Origin: Mobula hypostoma
Lineage: Eukaryota
Direction of reading: 5' to 3'
Assembly (NCBI RefSeq): GCF_963921235.1
Contig: NC_086097.1
Span: 205,346,001-205,410,000, forward strand
DNA length: 64,000 bases
The position numbers and the translations under genes are program-made. The stretch's first letter is position 1. Every line of letters starts with the position of its first letter. The notes below the pieces were generated by a model. The model saw only the letters and a program-made list of their open reading frames with translations, ran no database searches and had not been told where the DNA came from. Positions 26,201-37,962 of this stretch are shown piece by piece.

Positions 26201-28738
26201 ACTTTATACTTTATTGTCGCCAAACAATTGATACTAGAACGTACAATCATCACAGCGATATTTGATTCTGCGCTTCCTGCTCCCTGGATTACAAATCGAT
26301 AGTAAATATTAAAAATTTAAATTATAAATCATTAATAGAACATAGAAAAATGAAAAGTAAGGTAGTGCAAAAAAAAAAGAACGAGAGGCAGGTCTGGATA
26401 TTTGGAGGTTACAGCCCAGATCCGGGTCAGGATCCGTTCAGCAGTCTTATCACAGTTGGAGAGAAGCTGTTCCCAAATCTGGCTGTACGAGTCTTCAAGC
26501 TCCTGAGCCTTCTCCCGGAGGGAAGAGGAATGAAAAATGTGTTGGCTGGGTGGGTTGTTTCCTTGATTATCCTGGCAGCACTGCTCTGACAGCGTGCGGT
26601 GACCTGTTCCACTTGCACACCAACGATGTAAATTGGGTCGTGCAGTCCACTACTCCTTCTGAAGTCAACAACCAATTCCTTCGTCTTGCTGATGTTGAGG
26701 GATAGGTTATTGTCTTCGCACCATGCCACCAGGTTCTTAATTTCCTCTCTGTACTCAAACTCATCATTACCTGAGATATGGCCTACAATTGTTGTGTCGT
26801 CAGCAAACTTATATATTGAGTTTGATGGAAACTTGGCTACACAATCATTATGTGTACAGTGAGTACAGCAGGGGGCTGAGAACACAGCCTTGTGGGCACC
26901 AGTGCTCAGAGTGATTGTAGAGGAGAGCTTACCCACTATTTTTACAGCCTGTGTCCTGTCTATGAGGAAGTTGAAGATCCAGCTGCATATCTGAGTGCTA
27001 AGGCCCAGGTTCCGGAGCTTAGGACTCAGTTTATTTGGAATGATGGTATTAAAGGCAGAGCTGTAGTCAATGAAAAGGAGCCTTACGTATGCATCTTTAT
27101 TCTCCAGGTGTTCCAAGGAGGAATGTAAGGCCAGAGAGATGGCATCTGCCGTTGACCTGATGCTCCGGTAGGCGACTTGCAAAGCATCAAGGTTGACCGG
27201 TAGGCTGTGGTTGATGTGTGCCATAACCAATCTCTCGAAACACTTCATAGCAATTGATGTCAGAGCCACAGGTCGATAGTCATTCAGGCATGCCACCTTG
27301 CTCTTCTTCAGCACTGGGATTATTGTTGCCTTCTTAAAACATGAGGGGATCCTAGACTGAAGCAAGAGCAGTTGAAGATGTCAGTAAACACTCCAGCTAG
27401 CTCGCTTGCACTGGCCCGGAGAACCCGTCCTGGGGCGCCATCTGGGCCCGTCACCTTCCTTGGATTTATCTTCAGGAAGGCCCTTCTAACGTCCTCCTTG
27501 GTGACGATGAATCTCGATGCCACCAGGTCCGGTTCATCCGGAGGGAGTGGGACACTCCTCTTCTGTTTGAATCTTGCGTAGAATACGTTAAGTTTGTCAG
27601 GAAGAGAAGCACCACAGTTATTGATATTCCCAGCCTTCTCTTTGTGCCCAGTGATCTCATTTAGACCCTGCCATAGTCTACTGGCATCCCTCTGGTTAGC
27701 CTGGGCTTCCAATTTGGCTCAATATTGCCTCCTGGTGCCCTTAATGGCTTTCCGGAGTTCACGCCTGGATTCCGTGTAGTGACTGGTATCCCTGGACCTA
27801 AAAGCTGCAGCTCTAGCCTTCTTTGTCTTCTTTGTCCATTAACATATTTACAGTTAGTGCTAGCGGAAGGAGAGTGCTGGAGATTGTCATTAACTGGGGT
27901 GTTGCTCTTACCATCTTTCCCAACAATGGTCCAACCATCTTTTGTCTTCACACATTTCAGCAGAGGAGGGTTTCTCTCTGCTTTGGGTGTCATTACATGA
28001 GTCCACCCAGAAGCAGTTTTCTTCAGGGTTATTTTGGGTAAATAACCAGCACAATTTCAGCTGGATGATCTTAAAATCGCATGATTCCATTCATCACAAT
28101 CAGAGTCGTCTTTCAAGGATACAAGGCTTTCAAAGGAGTTACTCAAGTTGAGCATACTTGTAAGGCTGCTTGATGAATCAAAAAATGAACTTGCGAAGTT
28201 AATGACATCACACACTGGGCATAGCCAAATTGCATTTAAGTTTTTGAAGTAAAAATCAATATTATCATTGGACACATTAGAACAATTAAAATGAAACCAA
28301 TTTGTACACATCGAGCACTGAATGCCAGAATCTTTAACAGCATACGAGCACAAACCACACGGGTACTTTGGTTTATGTCCACGGTGCTGAGGTTTTGGGC
28401 CTGGCTTGAGGTTAATGTCTCTTTCCTTCTTTCTTTCGTTGCTTCTTTCTCCCCTCTCACCCTCTTGTTCCTTGGTCCTTTCACCCTCACTTTCTTGTTG
28501 ATACATTTTCTTGATTCTTTGCTGCTTCACAATTCCTCACAAATTCCTGCACTTGAGTTTTCTATTGACTCTCACAGAATTCCTGCAAGAAAATTAATCC
28601 TTGAATTGTATGGTATATGGTGACATACATATATACACACTCTCGACGATACATCAGACTCCGGCCGCAGGAGATGCATCACAAATGCCCCCAACTTCCC
28701 TCAGAGCGAAATGGAAATGGAAATGAAATGGAAATTAT
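23251..28738 (-). mobile_element. Near full-length CR1/L2-group LINE with PHD finger, APE endonuclease and RT (frameshifted)
   Basis: PHD CGLC..CSMC..WFHFNC..WLCPVC (28057-28530); APE DILVGTES, FRKDRNSQGGGV, YYRPP, GGDFN, GISDH; RT YRPISFTS, FSKAFD, FADD; tail ...CAAGAACCAAG. Confidence 0.9.
26195..27821 (-). mobile_element. Rex1/Babar LINE, 5'-truncated, nested in the PHD-LINE
   Basis: 312-aa [37 protein letters not shown]. Confidence 0.95.
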
Positions 28739-28957
28739 TGATGAAGGTGGCAGAGTTTATCATTGAAATGACGGTTAAAATTGTTACCTTTACCCATCTG
28801 GATGTCCGAGAAGAGTTTATTCGTAAGGTTACTCGGCCTTTCTCCACAGATGCTTTCTGTTATGATTGATATTGCTAGCAATATTTCCTTTGTGTTTGAG
28901 CTACAAGGTATCTGCAATTTTTTTTTGACTTACACTTCGCCAGGAAGGATGAACTTC
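28739..28957 (+). repeat. ~218 bp direct repeat, copy B (right flank of the PHD-LINE)
   Basis: Aligns with 23033-23250. Confidence 0.95.
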
Positions 28958-29019
28958 AGTGTTCTGCTAAGTGTTATCAAATGCAAGCAAAAATTGTTAT
29001 TCCATGTGATTTCAAAGTA

Positions 29020-29345
29020 TGGACCACATGCAGCTAGTAAAGCTACCACCTCACAGATCGAGCTACCCTGGTTCAGCTTTGATCTCTGGTGCTGACTCTA
29101 TTAACTTTGTATGTTTTCCCTATAACAAATACATTTCCCCCAGGTGCGCTGTTTCCATGTCTTTGGACTGGATGGTTAATTGGTCACTATATATTACTTC
29201 TGGTCTGTAGGTGAGTAATAGAATCTCGGAGGGATTGATAAGAATGTTGGGAGAATAGGTTACAGGGAAAATTACTGTGGAATGGGATTCCTCTGTGATG
29301 ACACATACACTAAATGGGCTGAATGGTCTCTTTCTATACTGTAAT
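29020..29345 (+). mobile_element. Old SINE (V-SINE/HE1-like) with a CR1-like tail
   Basis: ggttaattggtcact...gtaggtgagt...gagaatagg body; tail aatgggctgaatggtctc. Confidence 0.5.
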
Positions 29346-29709
29346 AAAATATGAATAATTTTTCTTTACATTGTTTACTGGCATTAAACAATATTTAATG
29401 ACAACACAGTTCTGCAATAGCATTATCATGCAGAGTAATTCTATTACTGGTTTTCATGTACTTGACTCATATTAAGACTGAAAGGGTTTATTTAAAGAAG
29501 ATTCAGGTATTGCTGATAGTTTTTTTTCTGTGACACAGACATATTCTGCAATTATCAGTCACTTAATTTCTAAGAAACCTTTGCTTAATTACCAATGGAT
29601 TCTGAGTTACAAAGACTGGAGAAATTTGGTTTAAACACAGCAGGTATTCAGTCGTGGTTTGAAAAGGCAAAGTAATTATTGTTGGAATTAATGTCATTGC
29701 TGAGCATTG

Positions 29710-30010
29710 TTAGATTATGAGAACACTCAGACCTCTTTTATTGTCATTTAGAAATGCATACATGCATTAAGAAATGATACAATGTTTCTCCGGAGTGATA
29801 TCACAGAAAACAGGACAAACCAAAGACTAACACTGACAGAACCACATAACTATAACATCTAGTTTCAGCAGTGCAAAGCAATACCATAATTTGATGAAGA
29901 ACAAACCATGGGCACGGTAAGAAAAGTCTCAAAGTTCCCGAGTCCCCGATAGCAGGCGGCAAAGGGGAGAAACTCCCTGTCATAAACCTCCAGGCACCGT
30001 CAATTTCCAG
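29710..30010 (-). mobile_element. 3' part of the non-autonomous family seen at 61998-62677
   Basis: Reverse complement matches ~62390-62677 (aatgacaataaaagagg...ataatctaa). Confidence 0.7.
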
Positions 30011-31089
30011 GGCGTTAAATAAATTCATTCTGAAAAGATTTATCTTGGGGTCCTCCTTCCTCATTTTCATGACACATTTGATAAGGAAAAATTTAATCTC
30101 AATCTGCGTGAATGGTTAATTGAACAGAGATTAAATATGACCAGAAAAAAATAACTTCCTATGTGATCCTTTTGTGTTTCCCAGAGGCAGCTGAGTTTAG
30201 AACTGTTTCCAGACAAGTGCCAAGAGGATTAAGGTGAATAATTCAGGACACAGCTTCAATGTCTTATCACTAATACTGTCACATCTCTCAGTCTAATGTC
30301 TCAGGTAGCAGCAGACAATTTGCAGCTCTAGTGTCCAGGCCTATATTTTTGACCTGTCCCTGTATTTTCACTGGTCTTTGCCTCACTGCATTGCTGAAGA
30401 ATCCCCATGAAAGTCCTGTCCTCTCCAAGCTACATGCTTTCTACCAGCCTTTCACCATCATTGTGAATTTGTTGGTGTATTTTAAAGCCAATCAAACTTA
30501 TTTTTAAAAAATCCTTAATGTTCAGCACATTGGATATATGGTAGACTTTCAGTTTGTCTACCAATATTGCTATATCATTTTGGAGGTGGTCCTATCCACA
30601 CTCTGGCTCAGACTACTCTCTTCAACAACTGCAGAAGCACTGACATTACTCTACAGGTCTCTAAATGAAAAGACAAGTTTGAAATTGAGAAGCAATGAGA
30701 GCAGCAGCAGCAAGAAAAGGAAGATCTGTGAAGGTTGGAAAACATTCTTTAGTCTATCTGGCTTCAAAAGAACCTTAACAAAAAGCTATTGGGAATAGCC
30801 TTCATACTCCTGCTGTAGGACTGCTGAACACTTGGAAAAAATGGTACCATCGTGCCTCCTCCAATCTTGTCCATTTATTCTTGTAAATTATGGTTTCTTC
30901 TTGTAAGTTACAACTGGAATCTTTTGATTGGGAAAGAGCTATGATTTGTTTATTGAAACAAGTTCTTCTTTGTTTTGTATTGAAGTTGCATATTCAACAC
31001 CCCATCTGGTTCTCCATCATCAAGGATTGGTTTATTCAAGCAGATGCAAACTAGAAGAAATGTAATGATATTAATCATTTGATAATATT

Positions 31090-32145
31090 TTATTGTTTAG
31101 TATTTGAAATAAAAGTGCTAATTTTACAACAGATTCATGTGCAATAATTGACCAGTGATATAATAGAAGGAAAACCATAGAAAACCATAGAAAAACTACA
31201 GCACAGAAAACAGGCCTTTTGGCCCTTCTTGGCTGTGCCGAACCATTTTCTGCCTAGTCCCACTGACCTGCACTGACCTGACCTATGGTTTTCTATGGTT
31301 TTCTAAACAATTAAACAGTAATAAAACCATAAATAATTAAATAGTAATTTGTAAATTATGCCAAGAAGTAAGTCTAGGACCAGCCTATTGGCTCAGGGTT
31401 TCTGACCCTCCAAGGGAGGAGTTGTAAAGTTTGATGGCCACAGGCAGGAATGACTTCCTATGACTCTCTGTGTTGCATCTCGGAGGAATGAGTCTCTGGC
31501 TGAATGTACTCCTGTGTCCAACCAGTACATTATGTAGTGGATGGGAGACATTGACCAAGATGGCATGCAACTTGGACAGCATCTTCTTTTCAGACACCAC
31601 CGTCAGAGAGTCCAGTTCCATCCCCACAACATCACTGGCCTTACGAATGAGTTTGTTGATTCTGTTGGTGTCTGCTACCCTCAGCCTTCTGCCCCAGCAC
31701 ACAACAGCAAACATGATCGCACTGGCCACCACAGACTCGTAGAACATCCTCAGCATCGTCCGACAGATGTTAAAGGACCTCAGTCTCCTCAGGAAATAGA
31801 GACGGCTCTGACCCTTCTTGTAGACAGCCTCAGTGTTCTTTGACCAGTCCAGTTTATTGTCAATTCGTATCCCCAGGTACTTGTAATCCTCCACCATGTC
31901 CACACTGACCCCCTGGATGGAAACAGGGGTCACCGGTACCTTAGCTCTCCTCAGGTCTACCACCAGCTCCTTAGTCTTTTTCACATTAAGCTGCAGATAA
32001 TTCTGCTCACATCATGTGACAAAGTTTCCTACCGTAGCCCCGTACTCAGCCTCATCTCCCTTGCTGATGCATCTAACTATGGCAGAGTCATCCGAAAACT
32101 TCTGTGCTGTAGCTGAAGTCTGAGGTGTAAATGGTGAAGAGAAAG
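31090..32145 (-). mobile_element. Rex1/Babar LINE 3' part
   Basis: 199-aa [38 protein letters not shown]. Confidence 0.9.
31171..31305. mobile_element. Tiny CR1 3'-end insertion with the tail microsatellite inverted at both ends
   Basis: aaaaccatagaaaaccatag ... ctatggttttctatggttttct. Confidence 0.7.
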
Positions 32146-33224
32146 ACCAGATTCTGTTTTAAAAACAGGGTATATTTGAAATGACCTTGTCATATTGCTG
32201 ATAGGCATCTATTTTGTCAATGTTTTATGGGCTCTTGAGGAACACCATTGACAGTTTCAGGGGCTCTTGTTGAAACTATTGATGAAACAGAATAAAATGA
32301 GACCACAGGTTATTCAGTATCAGACATTTCACCAACCCTTTGCTATATTAATGAGCCATAGCAGTCCATAGAATTCATGTACTTGAAAAGTTTGATATTA
32401 ATGATGTTTAAATAATTAGTCTCATCACCTACATATACTGCATGATATCCTTTACATTAATTTATACTTAACCATTGCAAATTCTGCCAGTTTTTACACA
32501 GTGCTAAAAGAACAGAATAAACTGATAAATGCATTAGTTGTATTCTGCCTGAAAGAGGTCTTATACCATTAATGATGTGTTTTGACTATCATACAAACAT
32601 AACTGCCTATATACACTTCCAAAATATAGTAAGTCTGAACTTCTCCCAAGCTTGCTATATATTATTTACATCTTAAAACTAAAAATGGAGTAATGAGATT
32701 GTGTACAGTTTGTTTTTAGGCAACCTCCTAATGAATGTTGAAGCAAAGAGACTCCATGATCTGCATGCACATTTCAAATGGAAAGTACTTGGGATGCCAG
32801 CTTGAAGAAGGAGTTTGCTTGTGTGCATTTAACAGCTACTGGCAGAAAATCAGTGTGCTGTCTATATTTCAGCTTATGCTGTGAGTGAACGCAGCTGCGT
32901 CTGACACTACAAGACATGGAGTATCTGGATTAGCTTTATTTAAGGAAACAGTAGGTTACTCACTTACTGGATTATTTCATCTAGCTACTGTCACATTTGT
33001 AAATATTTTGAAGGCCTCCTATCCTTCCTGGAAATTTACGTTTTTTTTTACGTGGATTAGTAAGATCAGGAGCTGACATACACTTCTTTTGGAATCTAGA
33101 GCAGTATATTTATATGCCTTTCAGAGTCACCATGGCTCTTAATTTTTATGTTTTCAGTTCCCTTCAAGCTGCTGCCAGAAACATAAGGAACACCTCAGAA
33201 TTCAGTATAAATTGCTGTACATAA

Positions 33225-34137
33225 ACATGAGGAATTCTGCAGATGCTGGAAATTCAAGCAACCCACACTAAAATTGCTGGTGAACGCAACAGGCCAGGCA
33301 GCATCTCTAGGAAGAGGTAGTCGATGTTTCGGGCCGAGACCCTTCATCAGGACTAACTGAAGGAAGAGCTAGTAAGAGATTTGAAAGTTGGAGGGGGAGG
33401 GGGAGATCCAAAATGTTAGGAGAAGACAGGAGGGGGAGGGATGGAGCCAAGAGCTGGACAGGTGATTGGCAAAAGGGGTATGAGAGGATCATGGGACAGG
33501 AGGCCCAGGGAGAAAGAAAAGGCGGGTGGGGACCCAGAGGATGGGCAAGGGGTATAGTCAGAGGGACAGAGGGAGAAAAAAGAGAGAGAGAGAAAGAATA
33601 TGTGTATATAAGTAAATAACGGATGAAGTGTTGCCTCACCTGGAAGGACTGTCTGGAGCCCTGAATGGTGGTAAGGGAGGAAATGTAAGGATATGTGTAG
33701 CACTTGTTCCGCTTACAAGGATAAGTGCTGGGAGGGAGATCGGTGGGAAGGGATTGGGGGGACGAATGGACAAGTGAGGCGACACTTCACCTGTGAGTCG
33801 GCTGGGATGATATACTGCGTCTGGTGCTCCCGATGTGGCCTTCTATATATTGGCGAGACCTGACGCAGAATGGGAGATCGTTTTGCTGAACACCTACGCT
33901 CTGTCCACCAGAGGAAGAAGGATCTCCCAGTGGCCACACATTTTAATTCCACATCCTATTCCCATTCTGATATGTCTATCCACGGCCTCCTCTACTGTAA
34001 AGATGAAGCCACACTCAGGTTGGAGGAACAACACCTTATATTCCGTCTGGGTAGCCTCCAACCTGATGGCATGAACATTGACTTCTCTAACTTCCGCTAA
34101 TGCCCCACCTCCCTCTCGTACCCCATCCATTATTTAT
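33225..34137. mobile_element. Rearranged Penelope-like element, family A
   Basis: Terminal repeat and UTR on minus strand (33225-33625); GIY-YIG segment on plus strand (33774-34100: YIGET..RFAEH..RLEEQHLIFRLG). Confidence 0.9.
33318..33355 (-). ncRNA. Hammerhead ribozyme motif, family A (AUC triplet variant)
   Basis: TAGTC-CTGATGA-AGGGTCTCGGCCC-GAAAC-ATC-GACTA. Confidence 0.75.
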
Positions 34138-34204
34138 CTACAAAAATGCTCACAGTTTTTATGTAGTCATTATTCATTAATAAAAATGCATGTGGGATAT
34201 AATA

Positions 34205-34632
34205 AACACAAGAGATTATGAAGATACTGGAAATCCAGAGCAGCAAACACAAAATGCTGGAGGAACTCATTCTGGCTTTTTGGTTTCTCCTCACTTGCCT
34301 ATCACCTCCCCCTGGTGCCCCTCTTCCTTCTCTTTCTCCCATGATCAACACTCCTTTCCAATCAGATTCCTTCTTCTCCTGCCCTTTACCTTTCCTACCT
34401 ATCACCTCCCAGCTTCTTGCTTCATCGCCTCTCCCCCACCCATCTTGCTCCACCTATCACCTTCTAGCTTATACTTCTTCACCACCACCCCCCACCCCCA
34501 AACTTCTTATTCTGGTTTCTTTTCCCTTCCTTTCCAGTCATGATGAATGGTCTCGGCCCAAAATGTTGATTGTTTATTCATTACCATAGGTGCTGCCTGA
34601 CCTGCTGATCTCCTCCAGCATTCTGTGTGCGT
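34205..34632 (+). mobile_element. Older Penelope-like 3' end with a short inverted terminal repeat
   Basis: Pyrimidine-rich UTR; decayed hammerhead motif at 34536-34571. Confidence 0.75.
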
Positions 34633-34756
34633 TGGGGAATTTAAGTAGGCTTACCACTCAGGATATTGAGTTTCCTGCTGAATAATGTAAGTAACTCTTT
34701 CACAGAAGTGATGAAGTATCAGCAACTGATGGGATGATATTAAGTAAACGCAGTTA

Positions 34757-35290
34757 TGGTTCGAGAAATTAATATTCACGCCATCAGGTTTAAGACTACA
34801 CAGATGGAATATAAAGTATTGCTCCTCCAAGCTGAGAACCTGATGGCACGAACATCGGTTTCTCAAACTTCTGGTAAATCCCCCCCCACCTTCACCACTC
34901 CTCATTCCCATTTCCCTCTCACCTTATCTTCTTACCAGCCTATCACCTCCCTCCCTCTGGTACGCCTCCCCCTTTTCTTTCATGTCCTTCTGTCTTCTCC
35001 AATCAGATTTCCCCTTCTACAGCCCTGTGTGTCTTTCACCAATCAACTTCCCAGCTTTTTAGTTCACCCCTCCTCCCCACTTCTGGTTGCACCTGTCACC
35101 TTGTGGTTCTTCCTCCCATCCCTCAACTTTCTTACTCTGGCTCCTCATCTTTTCTTCCAGTCCTGATGAAGGGTCTCAGACCAAAATGTCAACTATACTC
35201 TTTTCCATAGATGCTATCTGGCCTGCTGAGATCCTACAGCATTTTGTGTGTGTTACTTGGATTTCCAGCATCTGAAGGTTTTCTCTTGTT
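34757..35290 (+). mobile_element. Older Penelope-like 3' end preceded by an inverted GIY-YIG C-terminal piece
   Basis: Minus strand LEEQYFIFHLCSLKPDGVNI; hammerhead remnant at 35159-35194 (GAAA mutated to AAAA). Confidence 0.75.
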
Positions 35291-35783
35291 TTAGAGGGCA
35301 CAATTCATCTGGTCCAGGTGACTTATACACCTTTAGGTCTTTCAGCTTTTTGAGCACCTTCTCTCTTGTAACAGTAATTGCACTCACTTTTCGTAGCACA
35401 CATCCTTCAACATCTGGCACATTGCTACCACAGTGAAGAATGATGCAAGATACTCATTTAGTTCATGTGCCTTCTCCTTGTACCCCATTATTATTTCTCC
35501 AGCCTCATTTTCTGGCGGTCCTGTATCAACTCTTTTATTTTTTATACATTTGAAAAAGATTTTTTTTATCCGCTTTGATATTGTCTGCTAGTTTGCTTTT
35601 ATATTTCATATTTTATCTTCTAATAATTCTTTAAGTTATTCTCCTTAGGTTTTTAAAAGTTTCACAATCCTCTATCTTTCTGCTAATTTTGCTTTGTAGA
35701 ATGCGTTATCTTTTGTTTTTACATTACCTTTGAATTCCTTTATCAGCCATGCTTGTTCTATTTTGCCATTTGAATATTTTTAG

Positions 35784-36478
35784 TGTAACCCCCCTCTGGC
35801 CACCCTCAGGGTCGCTCGGCTCACTGTCATCTAGGAAAACAGCCTCGGCCCCACCAAACTGGGTAATAGTTTGTGTGGATGCTGTGTGATGTACCCCACC
35901 CCGCCCAAATAACAGACAATACACCAGATGCAATTAAATGATTTACAGTTTATAGGTATTACTGGATCTATATAATTAAGAGAGAATAAAATATAAAAGG
36001 AAAATAAAAGGCGCCACACTTATCAAAGTTCAATCTCTTCGTGCACAAAACAGTTGGAGCTCAAGGACCTTCTTCTTCACCCTGCGACCCCTTGGACCAC
36101 CTCGACCGGCCGCCTGGGACCACCAACGGTTGTCCACCAGACGCTCCACACGAGTCCATCTCCGTCTCCTCGCCGAACGCCCTCCTCTGGGTCCGACCCC
36201 GTTAGCGGACATCACAGAACATCGGCCATCCTCTGTCTTGCTCTCCCGCCTTCTCCCCCAAAACCCCGCGCATACAGTATCTTCAAATACACCAAAACCA
36301 TAACAACTATCCCAATTGGTTAATAGCATATTTCTTATCACACTCTAAACCAAAACAAGCTGCTAGTGCAAACTTTCTCAGCGTTTAACACAACAAAGCC
36401 ACATTCCCCACATTAACATAACAAAGACGCCAGTTTAATTAGCCTCCGCAGTAACATAAAAGTCGAAACCCCCTTATA
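35784..36478 (-). mobile_element. Solo LTR (695 bp)
   Basis: TGTAA...TTATA termini; 4-bp TSD TTAG (35780-35783 and 36479-36482). Confidence 0.75.
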
Positions 36479-37516
36479 TTAGAATACCTCTATCCTGAAC
36501 CTTCGTCATTTTTCCTAGAAACTCATGCCATTGCTGCTCTACTGTCATCCGTGCCAGCATCTCCTTCCAATTTACTTTGGCCAAATGCGCTCTCATACCA
36601 CTGTAATTTCCTTTACTCCACTGAAACAATGCTACATCAAACTTTACTTTCTCTCTATCAATTTTCAAGTTGAACTCAATCATATGTAATTGGGTGACCG
36701 TCGGATATTATTCAGTACCGTTAAAAGTGTACTTAGGCATCGATCCGGGTAATGCTAGAATAGTTGTCTGTGCCTTTAAGGGAGACGGTGATGTCATTAT
36801 GCACGTGCGGGATAATGGGGAGACCATTTTGTTTTCTGCTGAAGACGCTGGTGAGCGTTGGAATTGACTTCTTCCTCGAGACTGGGCATGGCGAGGAAAA
36901 GTGAGCATTAATTGACGATATCCATGCGAATCCCTGAATAAAGGCGATTGAGCCACTGCTCCTCCTTCAGTCCAGGGCAGATACTCAGCATGGACGTTGG
37001 ACCATTTACTGCTAATAAAAGCCTACTCTAATTCCAGTTTTTTGGAGTAATTGATAGTGCATCAAGTCCACAATGATAGAAGTGAGAGAGGAGGCTCATC
37101 TGTGGCTTGTAGAAGAGCCCCTGGGAAATACAAAGTCTGGAAAGTCAAAGTTTAGCAGTAGCCAGGCACAGTGCTTGATTCTTAAAGCTTGGGAATCCGA
37201 ATCTGCCACACTAGATGATGTCCTTAAAGTGGTCGCAGAGCAGGGCAAAGTCCTTTGTGAATTGACTTAAGCAGTAAAAGATCTCACTGCACAGAGAGAT
37301 TTTACACGCGCTACTAGCAGCAGAAGTAATTTACAGCCTAGGTTCACAGAAGATGGGCAACCAATATGTTTCAAGTGTCAGGTGGGAGGGCATTTGGCCA
37401 AGAATTGCCCACAGAAGCGAGGTGCAAGGGAAGTGGAGTCTGCATCCTCCTGCCCTCAAGCGGTTGGGAGTCGGGCAATTCGGTGGAACCTCATAGATAC
37501 AGACAATGTACTGCTA

Positions 37517-37962
37517 ACAACGGGAATTCTGCAGATGCTGGAAATTCAAGCAACACACACCAAAGTTGCTGGTGAACGCAGCAGGTCAGGCAGCATCTGT
37601 AGGAAGAGGTACAGTCGACGTTTCAGGCCGAGACCCTTCGTCAGGACTAACTGAAGGAAGAGTGAGTAAGGGATTTGAAAGTTGGAGGGGGAGGGGGAGA
37701 TCCAAAATGATAGGAGAAGACAGGAGGGGGAGGGATGGAGCCGAGAGCTGGACAGGTGATAGGCAAAAGGGGATACGAGAGGATCATGGGACAGGAGGTC
37801 CGGGAAGAAAGACGGGGGGGGTGGGGACCCAGAGGATGGGCAAGAGGTATATTCAGAGGGACAGAGGGAGAAAAAGGAGAGTGAGAGAAAGAATGTGTGC
37901 ATAAAAATAAGTAACAGATGGGGTACGAGGGGGAGGTGGGGCCTTAGCTGAAGTTAGAGAAG
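37517..37962 (-). mobile_element. Penelope-like 3' end (family A) nested at the Gypsy gag/pol junction
   Basis: TSD TGCTA; near-identical to 45414-45817. Confidence 0.9.
37613..37648 (-). ncRNA. Minimal type I hammerhead ribozyme motif, intact core
   Basis: AGTC-CTGACGA-AGGGTCTCGGCCT-GAAAC-GTC-GACT. Confidence 0.8.

Noticed and set aside
28057..28530. PHD-finger ORF as a host chromatin gene
   Set aside because: Colinear with APE and RT inside the LINE boundaries
33307..33703. Pro/Leu/Ser-rich and Gly/Arg-rich ORFs, repeated at 37.5, 45.3 and 50.1 kb
   Set aside because: Translations of the purine/pyrimidine-biased Penelope UTR, not proteins
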